From assembly GCA_964016885.1 (NCBI GenBank), contig OZ024756.1, forward strand, positions 23,622,001 through 23,686,000: a stretch of 64,000 bases of DNA, given 5' to 3'. The notes beneath the pieces are model-generated. The model saw nothing but the letters and a program-made list of their open reading frames with translations. It searched no databases and was not told where the DNA came from. The translations under genes were made by a program, and so were the position numbers. The DNA comes from Eledone cirrhosa. Lineage: Eukaryota. Shown here piece by piece: positions 44,873 to 58,915 of this stretch. Position 1 is the stretch's first letter; each line of letters starts with the position of its first letter.

Positions 44873-46142
44873 TAGATAACACTACATGCGGCTTTGACCG
44901 GGGGGTCATTTAGAGGGAATTGGGGGGGGGGGGGGTAAGGCTGCACAGCCCCACTTCCCGCCATGGTGATTGGACTGCATGCCCTGCTTATCCAGGTTAT
45001 CCTTCGCCACTGCTATTTTTCCTAGTTATATGCCTGGTGGTAGATAACCGATCGTATTGTAGACGCCAGATGTGGCAGACTATGTGGTAATATAGTAGAC
45101 GCCAGATGTGGCAGACTATGTGGTAATATAGTAGACGCAGATGTGGCAGATTATGTGATAATATAGTAGGAAAGGTACAGAAGAATGAGTATATCTACGT
45201 CACACGGAAGAGGGCAAAGTGTCCAGGTATCGGCCGCTCCGGATAGGATTGTGGTAGAGCCTGTAGCAAGGGAGACATCCAACAGTCTTGGCTCCTGGAC
45301 CATATCCCTGCTCACTGCTAACGGAGCGGCGTTGGCTGCCCGCAGGTGAGATCATCATCTTCACCCAAATCTCACCCCCTCTCACTAATTCCTTCCATCA
45401 ACATCATCACACTCCCATCATCATCATCATCACAGTACCATCGTCATCATCACTGTACCATCATCATCATTACACTACCACCACCATCCTCCCACTACCA
45501 CCACCATCCTCCCACTACCATCATCCTCCCACTACCATCATCCTCCATTACCATCATCATCATCACAGTACCATCATCATCATCACAGTACCATCATCAT
45601 CATCACATTACCACCACCATCCTCCCACTACCACCATCCTCCCTCTGCCACCATCCTCCCACTACCATCATCATCATCACGCACACCATGTCCATACCTT
45701 TCTTATATATCTCAGAGTTTCTCCTTCTATTTTCATAACTCCCCCTCTCCTCCTGACACACCCATTCAAGAACTTTACCATTACCATCATCATCATCATC
45801 ATCAAACATACCATGTCCACACCTTCCTTATCTCTGTTACAGTTTCCTTCGTCTTCGCCTTTCTCTTTACATAGCGCCCTTTCCTCTCCCTTCTCCTCTC
45901 CCTTCTCCTCTCCCTTCTCCTCTTCTTTCTCCTCTGCCTTCTCCTCTCCCTTCTCCTCTCCTCTCCTTCCTCTTCTCCCTCATCCCCCCTTTACCCTCCC
46001 CCCCCCCCACATTTCAGTCTTTCCCTATTTAAACTGTCTCTGTTATTGAAAAATTTACTTTAGTCTGATGATCCTGAAACCCCAGAGTAACAACGTCACT
46101 ACTTAGCCATAATTAACGAGTACACACACATACACATGCATA

Positions 46143-46219
<77 letters not shown>

Positions 46220-46222
<3 letters not shown>

Positions 46223-46380
46223 GGAACGAGTAGACCCCGACGGCTGACCTCAAGCCGTTTCCAAACGGCTTGAGCTCAGCCGTCGGGCTCCTACTCGTTC
46301 CTATTACCCACTCTACTACCCTAAGTATTGAGTACTTTGGTGCGTTATGGTCCATCTGGTTCCTTACCACATTTCCTTCG

Positions 46381-46382
<2 letters not shown>
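46220..46382 (+). mobile_element. Fold-back family A copy
   Basis: Palindrome centred near 46261 plus tail; flanked by (TA)n. Confidence 0.8.
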
Positions 46383-46430
<48 letters not shown>

Positions 46431-46470
46431 TTAAACAAATATCTATATATGTATATATATATATATATAT

Positions 46471-47317
46471 AATAGAAGAAGTTAATATGCCCGTGGGTAC
46501 TAAGTACCCCTGGAAATATATAGGTTGTCTATGATTTAAGGTTGTTCTATGGTATTAATTTAACATACCAGAACTATAATATTAAGATAAGCAGAACAAG
46601 CAAAATTCAACCAATTTTTTAAAATAAATCAAAAAATATAATTTAAATATTTACCTATTCTTTTGGCCCTTACCGATTGGTTTCGCTTTGTAAAACACCA
46701 GAAATCCACTGGATTTCTAATGGAAAATCAAAGCTCATCAGAGGAGCATTTTCCTTTCCTAGGGCTAAAGACCCAGGAACGATAAAATATATTGTTATCT
46801 GCCAGCTAGCACAGATCCAAAAGGCCGAAAAATGACCCGTACGTGAACTGCCCGAGGTGAAAGCGGGAAAAGCATAGACGTGTTGTCTATCTCGTTACTA
46901 AAAATATCAGCTAAATAGAAACAACAGATTTGTTCTCAACATAACAGAGAATAATAATAGAAGAAGTTAATATGCCCGTGGGTACTAAGTACCCCTGGAA
47001 ATATATAGGTTGTCTATAATTTAAGGTTGTTCTATGGTATTAATTTGACATACCAGAACTATAATATTAAGATAAGCAGAACAAGCGAAATTCAACCAAT
47101 TTTTTAAAATAAATCAAAAAATATAATTTAAATATTTACCTATTCTTTTGGCCCTTACCGATCGGTTTCGCTTTGTAAAACACCAGAAATCCAGTGGATT
47201 TCTGGTAATTTACAAAGCGAAACCGATCGGTAAGGGCCAAAAGAATAGGTAAATATTTAAATTATATTTTTTTATCTATTTTAATAAATTGGTTGAATTT
47301 TTCTTGTTCTGCTTATC

Positions 47318-47324
<7 letters not shown>
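46471..47324 (-). mobile_element. Non-coding hammerhead element: 485-bp unit, ~1.5 copies, plus inverted arm
   Basis: 46471-46718 is repeated from 46956; ~47064-47193 is inverted at 47195-47324; TA-rich flanks. Confidence 0.85.
46667..46745 (-). ncRNA. Type I hammerhead ribozyme with long stem II
   Basis: tcct-CTGATGA-gctttg...caaagc-GAAA-ccaatcgg-TA-aggg; the second copy has palindromic ccgatcgg. Confidence 0.85.
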
Positions 47325-47368
<44 letters not shown>

Positions 47369-47407
47369 ATGTATATATATATATATATATAAACAACTAT
47401 ATATATG

Positions 47408-47458
<51 letters not shown>

Positions 47459-47497
47459 ACAACTATATATATTTGTATATATATATGTGTGTGTGTA

Positions 47498-47555
<58 letters not shown>

Positions 47556-47635
47556 AACAACTATATATATTTATATATATATATATATATTTGTGTGTGT
47601 GTGTATCTATCTCTCTCTATATATATATATACGCA

Positions 47636-47670
<35 letters not shown>

Positions 47671-48216
47671 GCGCGCGCACGCGCGCACACACACACATAA
47701 ACACACACACACACAACAAACCGTCCAACACATGCCAGTGTGGAAAGTACGCTTAAAATGAAGATGGTTTGTATATTTAAAATCTGTATGTATAACTTGA
47801 CAATTCCAATTACATCTGCTAAGCTGACTTTGAAATCTAAACTTGGAAGTTTGTTATGTATTTTCATTTTTTTTTTTTTTTGTATATGAGGAGTCCCCCC
47901 CCCCCCCACCCACCCACCCCCCCAAAAAAATAAAGTGCCCCTAGCCCTCCCCCAAGTCCTAAATCTGGCTCTGCTGCATCACTACTACTATCATCACTAT
48001 CTTTAGGATTTTTTTCTTTTTTTTTTTAAACACGTCCGTATCTTAAATAAGAATTGATATAACGAACAAGCAAATCCAACGAAAGAATAATAATAATAAT
48101 AATGTTTTCTTTATTAACCACAAGGGTTTACATAAAGTAGACATTAAGGACAGTACAGGACAATACAGGACGGTACAAATGGGCATTTCTGCGTGTAAAA
48201 AAAAAAAAAAAAAAAA

Positions 48217-48254
<38 letters not shown>

Positions 48255-48265
48255 TAATAATAATA

Positions 48266-48486
48266 AGCTTTCCTGTACATACTGACAGGACCATAAAAGC
48301 AAATAGATCTGACATCATTGTAAAATATCAACATAACAAGGTCTGTTTATTGATGGATGTGAGCATCCCATGTGATCACAATATCGCGGCAAAAGAATTT
48401 GACAAGCTACGAAAATATAAAGATCTGCTTATTGAAATTGAGAAAATGTGGCACCTCAAGGCCGTTTACAATACCAGTAATTGTGG
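48266..48486 (+). pseudogene. Restriction-like endonuclease domain of an R4/Dong-type retrotransposon, after (TAA)n and cut by the gap
   Basis: FPVHTDRTIKANRSDIIV..CLLMDVSIP.D.NI..KE..KL.KY.DL..EI..MW..IPVIV. Confidence 0.85.
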
Positions 48487-48686
48487 NNNNNNNNNNNNNN
48501 NNNNNNNNNNNNNNNNNNNNNNNNNNNNNNNNNNNNNNNNNNNNNNNNNNNNNNNNNNNNNNNNNNNNNNNNNNNNNNNNNNNNNNNNNNNNNNNNNNNN
48601 NNNNNNNNNNNNNNNNNNNNNNNNNNNNNNNNNNNNNNNNNNNNNNNNNNNNNNNNNNNNNNNNNNNNNNNNNNNNNNNNNNNNNN
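48487..48686. other. Assembly gap (200 N)
   Basis: Run of N. Confidence 1.
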
Positions 48687-49088
<402 letters not shown>

Positions 49089-49149
49089 CATATACCTACA
49101 TATACATATATGTATGTATATGTAGGTATATGTATGTATATATATATAT

Positions 49150-49191
<42 letters not shown>

Positions 49192-49271
49192 CATATACCT
49201 ACATATACATACATATATGTATATATATATATATATATATATACATATATGTATGTATATGTAGGTATATG

Positions 49272-49311
<40 letters not shown>

Positions 49312-49401
49312 CATGTATATATATATATGTGTGTGTGTTCTTCATTGTACTCTGCCTTTTGTTTTGTTGTTTCTGTTTATTCTTTGCATGTGTATACATT
49401 A

Positions 49402-49475
49402 CAGGGTGTCCTCAAAAAAGACATACACACTTTGATTAGTATGCTGTTGAAGTTTGTATACATTTTTGGGACACC

Positions 49476-49478
<3 letters not shown>
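49402..49478. mobile_element. Tiny Tc1/mariner-type MITE
   Basis: TA-cagggtgtcc...ggacaccctg-TA. Confidence 0.8.
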
Positions 49479-49512
<34 letters not shown>

Positions 49513-49571
49513 TAAAAAAATAATGAATAAAACAATGAAACAGTTCCTTATATATATATATATATTCCTAC

Positions 49572-49690
<119 letters not shown>

Positions 49691-49835
49691 AGTATATGGA
49701 ATTAATGTATGCAAAATGCCAACAATAATTCAGGCATATAAGTGACTATACCATCAAGATGAAAAATATATATATATAAACGGAAAAAAATGAAACGAAA
49801 TTTCATTCCCCACTCTTAGTACGGCTGTTACTTAA

Positions 49836-50315
49836 ATATAAGTATGTACACGTACATACATATATGTATACAGACGCACAGTAGTATGTATATATATATA
49901 TACATACATACATGCACACATATATATATATATATGTACGTATGGATTCACCGAACATTTATTATAATGCTCGGTGTGTTTGTAAACAAACATCCCGAAT
50001 TAAACCGTAATGTCTAGCAACCATCGTTGCTCGTTTGTTCAACACTGACAAAGGAACGCTGTACTACTTTCAAGCTAATTAGCTATCATCAGCAACGTTC
50101 CTTTGTCAGTGTTGAACAAACGAGCAACGATGGTTGCTAGACACTACGGCTTAATACGGGATGTTTGTTTACAAACACACCGAGCATTATAATAAATGTT
50201 TGGTGAATCCATACGTACATATATATATATATATATATGTGTGCATGTATGTATGTATATATATATATACATACTACTGTACGTCTGTATACATATATGT
50301 ATGTACGTGTACATA

Positions 50316-50322
<7 letters not shown>
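49836..50322. mobile_element. Inverted repeat with ~225-bp arms and a hammerhead at the apex
   Basis: 49836-50061 versus 50093-50322. Confidence 0.8.
50053..50101 (-). ncRNA. Hammerhead ribozyme motif (stem III mismatch)
   Basis: ggaacgttg-CTGATGA-tagct(aatt)agctt-GAAA-gtag-TA-cagcgttcc. Confidence 0.7.
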
Positions 50323-50363
<41 letters not shown>

Positions 50364-50393
50364 GATTTAATGCTCTGAAATAGCGATATATAT

Positions 50394-50704
50394 GTGAAGA
50401 CGAACATAGAATATTCGAAAATATTCTGTATGTTTATAATAAACATTTTGAAGACCTAATCGCTATAGAATAGAATACGTCACGTATTACAATTCTATAA
50501 GTCTCTAGCTGTGTCATTCTCGATAAAAGCATTGGATATGTAATCCTGATGATTTCAAATAAGAATGAAACGCGTAGGTTACTTCCCTTGCTTTTATCGA
50601 GAATCTCAAATTGTAATACGTGACGTATTCTATTCTATAGCGATTAGGTCTTCAAAATGTTTATTATAAACATACAGAATATTTTCGAATATTCTATGTT
50701 CGTC

Positions 50705-50709
<5 letters not shown>
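50394..50709 (+). mobile_element. Fold-back element with central hammerhead
   Basis: Outer arms ~50394-50494 and ~50609-50709; inner arms ~50516-50531 and ~50590-50605. Confidence 0.8.
50540..50582 (+). ncRNA. Canonical minimal type I hammerhead ribozyme
   Basis: gtaatc-CTGATGA-tttc(aaataa)gaat-GAAA-cgcg-TA-ggttac. Confidence 0.85.
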
Positions 50710-50756
<47 letters not shown>

Positions 50757-50758
<2 letters not shown>

Positions 50759-50950
50759 CTCACCATTGTTACTCTGGTGCTTCACCTGCGCACTTGCTGG
50801 ATTCTCTCTCACACAACAGTCCTGCCTTGTGATCCTGCAAGGGCGCAGGTGAAACTCCAGAGTAACAAGAGTCACTACTTAGCCAAATTAAATGAATATT
50901 TAAATCCTTCTCTGGTATTGAGTACTTTTTCTCACGTCCGGTAATGATGC

Positions 50951-50954
<4 letters not shown>
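50757..50954 (+). mobile_element. Fold-back family E; relative at 46061-46120
   Basis: Arms 50766-50791 and 50843-50868; shared gaaac..cagagtaacaa..gtcactacttagcca. Confidence 0.7.
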
Positions 50955-51001
<47 letters not shown>

Positions 51002-51008
51002 TATATAG

Positions 51009-51043
<35 letters not shown>

Positions 51044-51050
51044 TATATAG

Positions 51051-51138
<88 letters not shown>

Positions 51139-51413
51139 CTATATACATATATATATGTATATAATTATATATATGAGTATGTAATTATATATATATATAT
51201 AAATATATATATATATATGTATGTATGTATGTACGTATATATGTATATATAATTATACATATACATATATATATACATATATATATACATATATATACAT
51301 ATATATATATGTGTGTGTGTGTGTGTATGTATGTATATATGTATATATATATACATACATATATATATATACATTTATATATACATATATATATACATAT
51401 ATATACTTATATA

Positions 51414-51445
<32 letters not shown>

Positions 51446-51571
51446 CATATATATACATATATATAAATATATATATGTATAATTATATATATATATATAT
51501 ATATACATATATATATACATATATATATATGTAATTATATATATATGTATAATTATATATATATATATGTA

Positions 51572-51680
<109 letters not shown>

Positions 51681-51778
51681 ATAATTATATAAACATATAT
51701 ATATATAATTATACATATATATATAATTACATATATATATATATATGTATAATTATATATATATATGTTTATATAATT

Positions 51779-51829
<51 letters not shown>

Positions 51830-51870
51830 TACATATATATACATAATTATACATATATATATATATAATT

Positions 51871-51959
<89 letters not shown>

Positions 51960-52000
51960 TACATATATATATTTATATATATGTATATATATGTATATAT

Positions 52001-52031
<31 letters not shown>

Positions 52032-52119
52032 ATTATACATATATATATTTATATATAATTACATATATATATATGTATATATATGTATATATATACATAA
52101 ATATATATTTATATATAAT

Positions 52120-52177
<58 letters not shown>

Positions 52178-52243
52178 AAGAGAGTGAGTGATTATACAAA
52201 TTTAATCAACCTCTATCTAATTTTATCTTCTTTTTTTTTTCAG

Positions 52244-52544
52244 ATGTGCTCAGCCAGTGAACTTGAAAGGTAGAAGCCTGTTCACGGTGCCAGTGGAAAG
52301 TCTCGTGTGTAGGACGTCCACGACGTTTGTTATAACTCTCGTTACTTTGGCTGCACTCCTGGTGGTCGTTGTATTACTTGTTATTTACTTTCGCATGAAG
52401 AGGAAGAAAAGGTGTAAATCTTGTGGCAAGCAGCACACTCGTTCCGGATACGTCAGTGTCTACACAAATGAAGTTGAGGAACCGCATTCACGTATCGTCG
52501 CTGACGGTGTAAATGAATCTTTTGCTGATGCCGTTGATGTTTAA
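52244..52544 (+). CDS. Last coding exon of a leucine-rich-repeat single-pass membrane protein (LRRCT end, TM helix, cytoplasmic tail)
   Basis: T10-cag acceptor, phase 2; [22 protein letters not shown] fits LRRCT CxxPxxLxGxxL..LxC; hydrophobic [22 protein letters not shown] followed by RMKRKKR; TAA at 52542. Confidence 0.85.
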
Positions 52545-52656
52545 AACCTGACATTCCATTCTTCGTGGTTATATATATACGTGTATATATATATATATAC
52601 ATATATGTGCGTGTGTGTGTGTCTGTGTGTGTGTTTGCATATATATATATATATAT

Positions 52657-52962
<306 letters not shown>

Positions 52963-52982
52963 TTGTGTGTGTGTGTGTGTAA

Positions 52983-53012
<30 letters not shown>

Positions 53013-53013
<1 letters not shown>

Positions 53014-53351
53014 TATAATATTCAAAATATTAATAAATGAGAAATATTATCATAACCAAATTATATATATTTTATTATACATATTTCAAAGGTACCACTA
53101 CAGGGATTGAATGTTCAAGACCTTAGGGTATGCCGTATAACCAATCTCTTATATTTTATCCGATGAAAACGTACTTAAACACCATTGTACCCTTGAAATA
53201 TGTATAATAAAATATATACTTTGGTTATGATATTTCTCATTTATTAATATTTTGAATATTATAGATATTCCAGATAAAATACTGTCGATTGCTTCTAATC
53301 TATTGTAAAATTGAATTCGTTGAATAATCAACGAACCATATAAACTTTTGG

Positions 53352-53352
<1 letters not shown>
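53013..53352 (+). mobile_element. AT-rich fold-back insert in (TA)n, no clear ribozyme core
   Basis: Arms ~53013-53094 and ~53187-53263, then a ~90-bp tail. Confidence 0.6.
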
Positions 53353-53404
<52 letters not shown>

Positions 53405-53458
53405 TAGTAACACAACAGCTAGTTCACCATACCGAGAACAATTGTTTCACCTTATGCG

Positions 53459-54232
53459 GATTACAAGGTAGACTTTGCTTCTAATCCCACGTGTAGACTA
53501 CTAAACCCGGCACGCACGGAAATGGGACTAGTCAGTAAGGCTATACTTAGGAATATAGTTAAGCCCATTAGGACCAAGTCCAACCTGTCCCAGTGGGAGA
53601 ACAGCGACTCCGTCATTAAGTGGTTTAACTCCTTCAACTCCAAAAAAAGCAAAGTTCACGCAATTCGACATTGTAGATTTTTACCCATCGATCTCAGATA
53701 GACACTTTCCCATAGGTCACAAATACCGCTCCATCTTTAACAGACACAGAGTAAAACTAGGGTACTCCTGCGCTAAGAATATGACAGTCCTAAGAGCGGC
53801 ACCCCGCCAGGATGCTCTTGCCGAAAGCCTGAAGCTTGTCCCCGCTGTAGTTTATGAAGCTATTGTCACTTCCAACCGACTAAATCAACCACAGGAGGTC
53901 AAATCCTATGTGGGTATGGCTGAGGGTCGATTTAAGGAACGCTTCCTGAACCATCAGTCGAACTTTGGGACAAACGATCATCCACGAAGCTCGCAAGCCA
54001 CGTATGGTCCCTCAAAGACTCAGGTATAGACTACTCCATTCAATGGAAAGCTATCACTAACTCCAAGCCATACGCAAGGGGCAATCCGTCTTGTGGAGTG
54101 TGTATTGAAGAAAAGATAAATATTCTAAGGAGATTACGCAAAAGCGATTGCCTAAATTCAAGAAATGAAATCTTCTCACGTTGTCTACATGTCTGGAAAC
54201 ACCTTTTGAATAACTACAAAGCTCCGGATTGA
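53459..54232 (+). pseudogene. PLE RT/GIY-YIG ORF remnant
   Basis: PTCRLLNPARTEMGLVSK..QW..SVIKWF; FDIVDFYPSIS; HFP..IFNR..VKLGYSC; CSC..CP; [23 protein letters not shown]; LASHVWSLK..W..CGVCIEEK..LNSRNEIFSRCLH. Confidence 0.9.
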
Positions 54233-54404
54233 ATAACAACAACATTCTTCTTTTCTAATCAACTCGAACATTTTATTCCGGACATTCGCAGTTATCTCCA
54301 TTACACCTTTCGCCCGTGGTTTTGTATTGCTTGGGTGAAGTGATCGTTTCTGTGTATGCGCGTTCATACGGTGGTTCTTCCTGTTCCGTATAACCATTAC
54401 CAGT

Positions 54405-54445
54405 CCGAGCTGAAGATCCGCATAAGGTGAAACAATTGTTCTCGG
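54405..54445 (+). ncRNA. Minimal hammerhead ribozyme in the PLE pLTR
   Basis: ccgag-CTGAAGA-tcc(gcataa)ggt-GAAA-caattg-TT-ctcgg; palindromic caattg. Confidence 0.85.
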
Positions 54446-54621
54446 TATGGTGAACTAACTGTTGTGTTACTACTTCTACCAAACTCGTCCCATGGACTGA
54501 GTGGTCTACCACTACGCATATTACCTTCCAGTGTTCTACCTCTCTCTCTATATATATATTAGGCCGTCAAGTATGGTCATATGTTTTTTTCTACAAATTT
54601 CATACTTGATGACCCAATGTA

Positions 54622-55430
54622 TTGGAGGGTCACTGATGAAGGACTTACTTTTTCATATGCACCACCATTTGCAACGCGCAGCCATCATTATTATCATATT
54701 TACACATAATTTTTCTTCTGCTGCTAGACGTCTGTTTCGTTCTTTGTACCTTTTACCCTTTCTAGCAGTCTCTCTCTCTGTTAGCCTCCTCCTCAACTTT
54801 CACTCACTCATTCTCTGTCACTACCTCTCCTCCTCCTCTTTCCTCCTCTTCCTCCAAGTTTGACCTGTGTGTAATTCTTTTCTCGCGCGTTCTTGGTCAA
54901 GCCGGTATGAAATTTTTTTCTCTCTCTCTTTCGTCTGCGACTTCACAAAACTTATGTTTACCGAATTCGTAGACCAGACCCCTTCTTCTTCTTCTTCTTC
55001 TTCTTCTTCTTCTTCTTCTTCTTCTTCTTCTTCTTCTTCTTCTTCTTCTTCTTCTTCTTCTTCTTCTTCTTCTTCTTCTTCTTCTTCTTCTTCCCCCCGT
55101 TAGACTTGTGCGAAATTCCTTCCTTTCTCACATTTCAACCAGGTTTGATGGTCTTTTGTCTCTTGTTCACGATTTCACCGAGTTTATATTCATAGAGATC
55201 TGGGACTTGTCTATTTCTTCTCACTTTCCGTTGCTTAAACCATTTTGTTTGTTACCCTAACGTCCCCTTTATTTACGTGTCCCAACGACTTTTTTTAGCC
55301 GTTGTTCGCACCAACCTGAGGTATATGGCCCTTAAAGCGATGAAATGCCTGGGACGGTTGGAGGGTCACTGATGAAGGACTTACTTTTTCATATGCACCA
55401 CCATTTGCAACGCGCAGCCATCATTATTAT
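54622..55430. repeat. 73-bp direct repeats (54622-54694, 55358-55430) flanking ~660 bp
   Basis: Identical ttggagggtcactgatgaagg...catcattattat. Confidence 0.85.
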
Positions 55431-56996
55431 TATATATATATATGTATATATATATATATACATGTAATTCAAATTATATATATATATACATGTAATTCAA
55501 ATTATATATATATACATGTAATTCAAATTAAAAGATATATGTATATATAGAGAGAGAGCGAAAGAGTCATACATCGTTTCAGAAGCACATAGTATTTTGT
55601 ACATATATAAAGCACATAATAAAAAGTTGTTCTTTTCTCGTGGTACCATTTCATGGCTGGTAAGTCGCAACAAAAATGGATCTAAGCAATCGATCATCGA
55701 TCACCAACTATCGATTTTGGTAAGGCTATGGAAGACGCGAAGCAATCATCAGAGGAATTCGTCTTTGACTAAGTTCCAATTTATATCTGCCGCCAGAGTT
55801 AAAACGTTCTCACACCAATGCTGTCTATGATTTTGGCCTAACTCTCGGATCCCGACAGATGTAAAAGTATTTTGTACACTATGCTCTATTGGATATATGG
55901 CTCTTTTTCTCTACATATACATACATAAATTAATAAAAACAATGAAATAAAAACAAAGAACAAGTTCTTTATATTACACTACCGTATATTTTGGTAGATT
56001 TATCTATATACATACATATATCTTTTAATTTGAATTATTGATGCTCTGGGCAAATATCCATTGAGCCTTTCTAATGAAAAACGTAAGTATCATACATATT
56101 ATATATGTTGTGATTATATACCGTAAATTAGTATATATATATACATGTGTGTGTATATATATATATTATTTTTATTTTCGTTTTGTTTTTGTTGTTGTTG
56201 TTGTTGTTTTAGTTCGCTTATGTTGTACATTTTGTTCTTTAATTCGTCATTATTATCATCGCCACTATCATCAGCAGCAACATTCTCATCACCTCTATTA
56301 TAATCATCGTCGCCATTGTTGCTGCTCTTGCTGTTGTTATTGTTGCTGTTCGTCTTTCTTCTTTATGGGATAGGTCGAAGGCTCTTAAAGACGAATGGGA
56401 GATACCTCGTAGCAACTAATGGCAACTTCTCTTAAAGTCTCTAATGGTTTTCATTTTATTTTATAAGCTATTCTATCGCATCTCTGTGCATGGGCACACC
56501 ACTCTTTATATTAACTTTATCCTCTCAACGTTTCGTAAAAGTTCGAGAGATCAGCTATGTATACAAAACAAATATTGTTTTCTTTCTTTTACCCACCCAC
56601 CCCCTTTCCTTTTTCTTTTTTTTCTCTCTTTCTTCTTGTAAATATATACAACTGAATATGAATAAATTATATGAAACCATAACATTCCGTGTTTATCACT
56701 GACGAGTTCTCTCCACACATCCAAGCTCTTTAGAGACTAGACATTCTTTTTCATGACTTCTCAATATCTATTATGCTAGGGTTTTCTAATTTATTTTAAA
56801 CCTGGCCGAGCTTATCCTTCTGCGGGTCGGAACACAACAGGCTTTTTTTTTCAGGAGAGAAAGTGAGAAAGAAGAAGAAGAAGAAGAAGAAGAAGAAGAA
56901 GAAGAAGAAGAAGAAGAAGAAGAAGAAGAAGAAGAATATGAACTTTTCAGTCCACTCTCGTATGTATGTACATGCACATATATATGTGTGTGTGTG

Positions 56997-57186
56997 TACG
57001 TGGATCGGCAGAAAAGTTCATAGGCTAACGAAGATACTCTCATGGAATCACCAAATGGGGATATTGCTCAACATAGTCCCTGGGAAGAAACAATGCACTT
57101 TATTAATAAGAAGAGTTGAAATTAATGCATGTAAGATTTCAACATCACGCCTTCATAGCCTATGAACTGTTCAATCCACGCTCGTA
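56997..57186. mobile_element. Mariner-type MITE
   Basis: TIR-like tacg..gaaaagttcataggct / agcctatgaact..ctcgta; orphan TIR at 56936-56962. Confidence 0.7.
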
Positions 57187-57194
57187 TATATAAT

Positions 57195-57561
57195 GATTTC
57201 TGATTTAGGCACAAGGCCAACAATTTTGGGGGAAGGGAAAGTCGATTAAATCGACTCGAGTGCATTACTGGTACTTAATTTTATCGACCCCCGCAAGAAT
57301 GAAATGCAAAGTTAATCTCGGCGGAATTTGAACTCAGACCGTAAAGGGTTGTAACTCTATGCTGCAAAGGATGGCGTCCGACGCTCCACCGATACTGCCA
57401 ATCCACCACCCTTGTTATAATAACAATTCTTCTTCTTCTTCTTCTTCTTCTTCTTCTTCTCCCCCTTCTTTTTCTCCTCAACCTCCTCCTTAAATGGACG
57501 TAACTCAATGCTGCAAAGCATGGCGTCCGACCCTCTACCGATACTGCCAATCCACCGCCCT
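57195..57561 (-). mobile_element. Composite of two SINE family 1 copies and (TTC)n, bounded by a ~17-bp direct repeat
   Basis: acgctcgtatatataat at 57178 and 57562. Confidence 0.75.
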
Positions 57562-57934
57562 ACGCTCGTATATATAATAAATTTAGATTTAAATCTAAAA
57601 AAAGAACAGATGAGTTCAGTTTGCTAGAGGTGAGCATATATAGTTGCGGTGATGAAACTGTGTTAGTTACAAGTTAGTTACAAGTTAGATGTGAACGAGT
57701 TAACAGACGACAGTTGATAACAATTGTAAACTTCAGCCGGTGTGTAGAGTCCACTGAGATGACAAAGATATTGATAACAAAAGGGTCAAGAGGTGTCAAA
57801 TAATAAGCTATATACGGCTGTGATGTTTGTGAAGGTGGGATCGGGGACGGACATGCGGGGGGTGGGTGTAGTCGTAATCAGTGTTAGCCTATAAGTGGAT
57901 TATATATGCCATTTCCTTCTTGCGGAGTAATCTT

Positions 57935-58068
<134 letters not shown>

Positions 58069-58508
58069 CGTGCGTATGTATATTTGAATATTTGTGCGTG
58101 TTCGTTTCTGCTTGTAATTATGTATGTATGCATATATGTATCTATCTATCTATCTATATATCTCTATGTGTCTCTCTCTCTCTCTTTCTCTCCTTCTCCC
58201 TCCCTCACTCACTCATCCCTCACGCCCTCGCTCACTCTTCTCCCTTTTTCTCTGTCTCCTTCTTTCTCTCTCTCCCTCTCTCTCTCACTCACTCCTCTCT
58301 CGAGAGGGATCATCCTGACGATAACCAGTCGAGTTCGAAATGCATCAACGGTTGTCCCCCTTGCTTCTGCTGGACACCGCTAGGTGTTGTTAGTTGCCAG
58401 TGTTTTTGCATAGCTACGGCTTTCTAAATGTTTATTTATACACATACCGTATTTCTTTAGAAATACGAAATTCAAATATATATACATATATTTCTTTCTT
58501 TCCTCCTC

Positions 58509-58582
<74 letters not shown>

Positions 58583-58598
58583 ATATACACATATATAC

Positions 58599-58657
<59 letters not shown>

Positions 58658-58683
58658 CGTATTTATATATCTATCTATCTCTA

Positions 58684-58735
<52 letters not shown>

Positions 58736-58762
58736 CACACACATATATATGTATATATATAC

Positions 58763-58863
<101 letters not shown>

Positions 58864-58871
58864 GAGGGTGA

Positions 58872-58915
<44 letters not shown>

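Larger units (their letters stand above)
53402..54540 (+). mobile_element. Internally deleted Penelope-like retroelement (probably Naiad-type) with inverted 5' pLTR
   Basis: 53402-53461 is the inverse of 54416-54475; RT and GIY-YIG remnants; hammerhead in the 3' pLTR; (TA)n flanks. Confidence 0.9.

Noticed and set aside
45186-45344. Plus-strand open frame ending in CAG|GTGAG as an LRR gene exon
   Set aside because: No LRR or LRRCT motif; the minus strand resembles the fragment near 28938, so it is likely repeat-derived
54633-54660. CTGATGA as a hammerhead or C box
   Set aside because: No stem II/GAAA and no paired D box
55545-55915. Degenerate inverted termini
   Set aside because: Too diverged to assign; no ribozyme core or TSD
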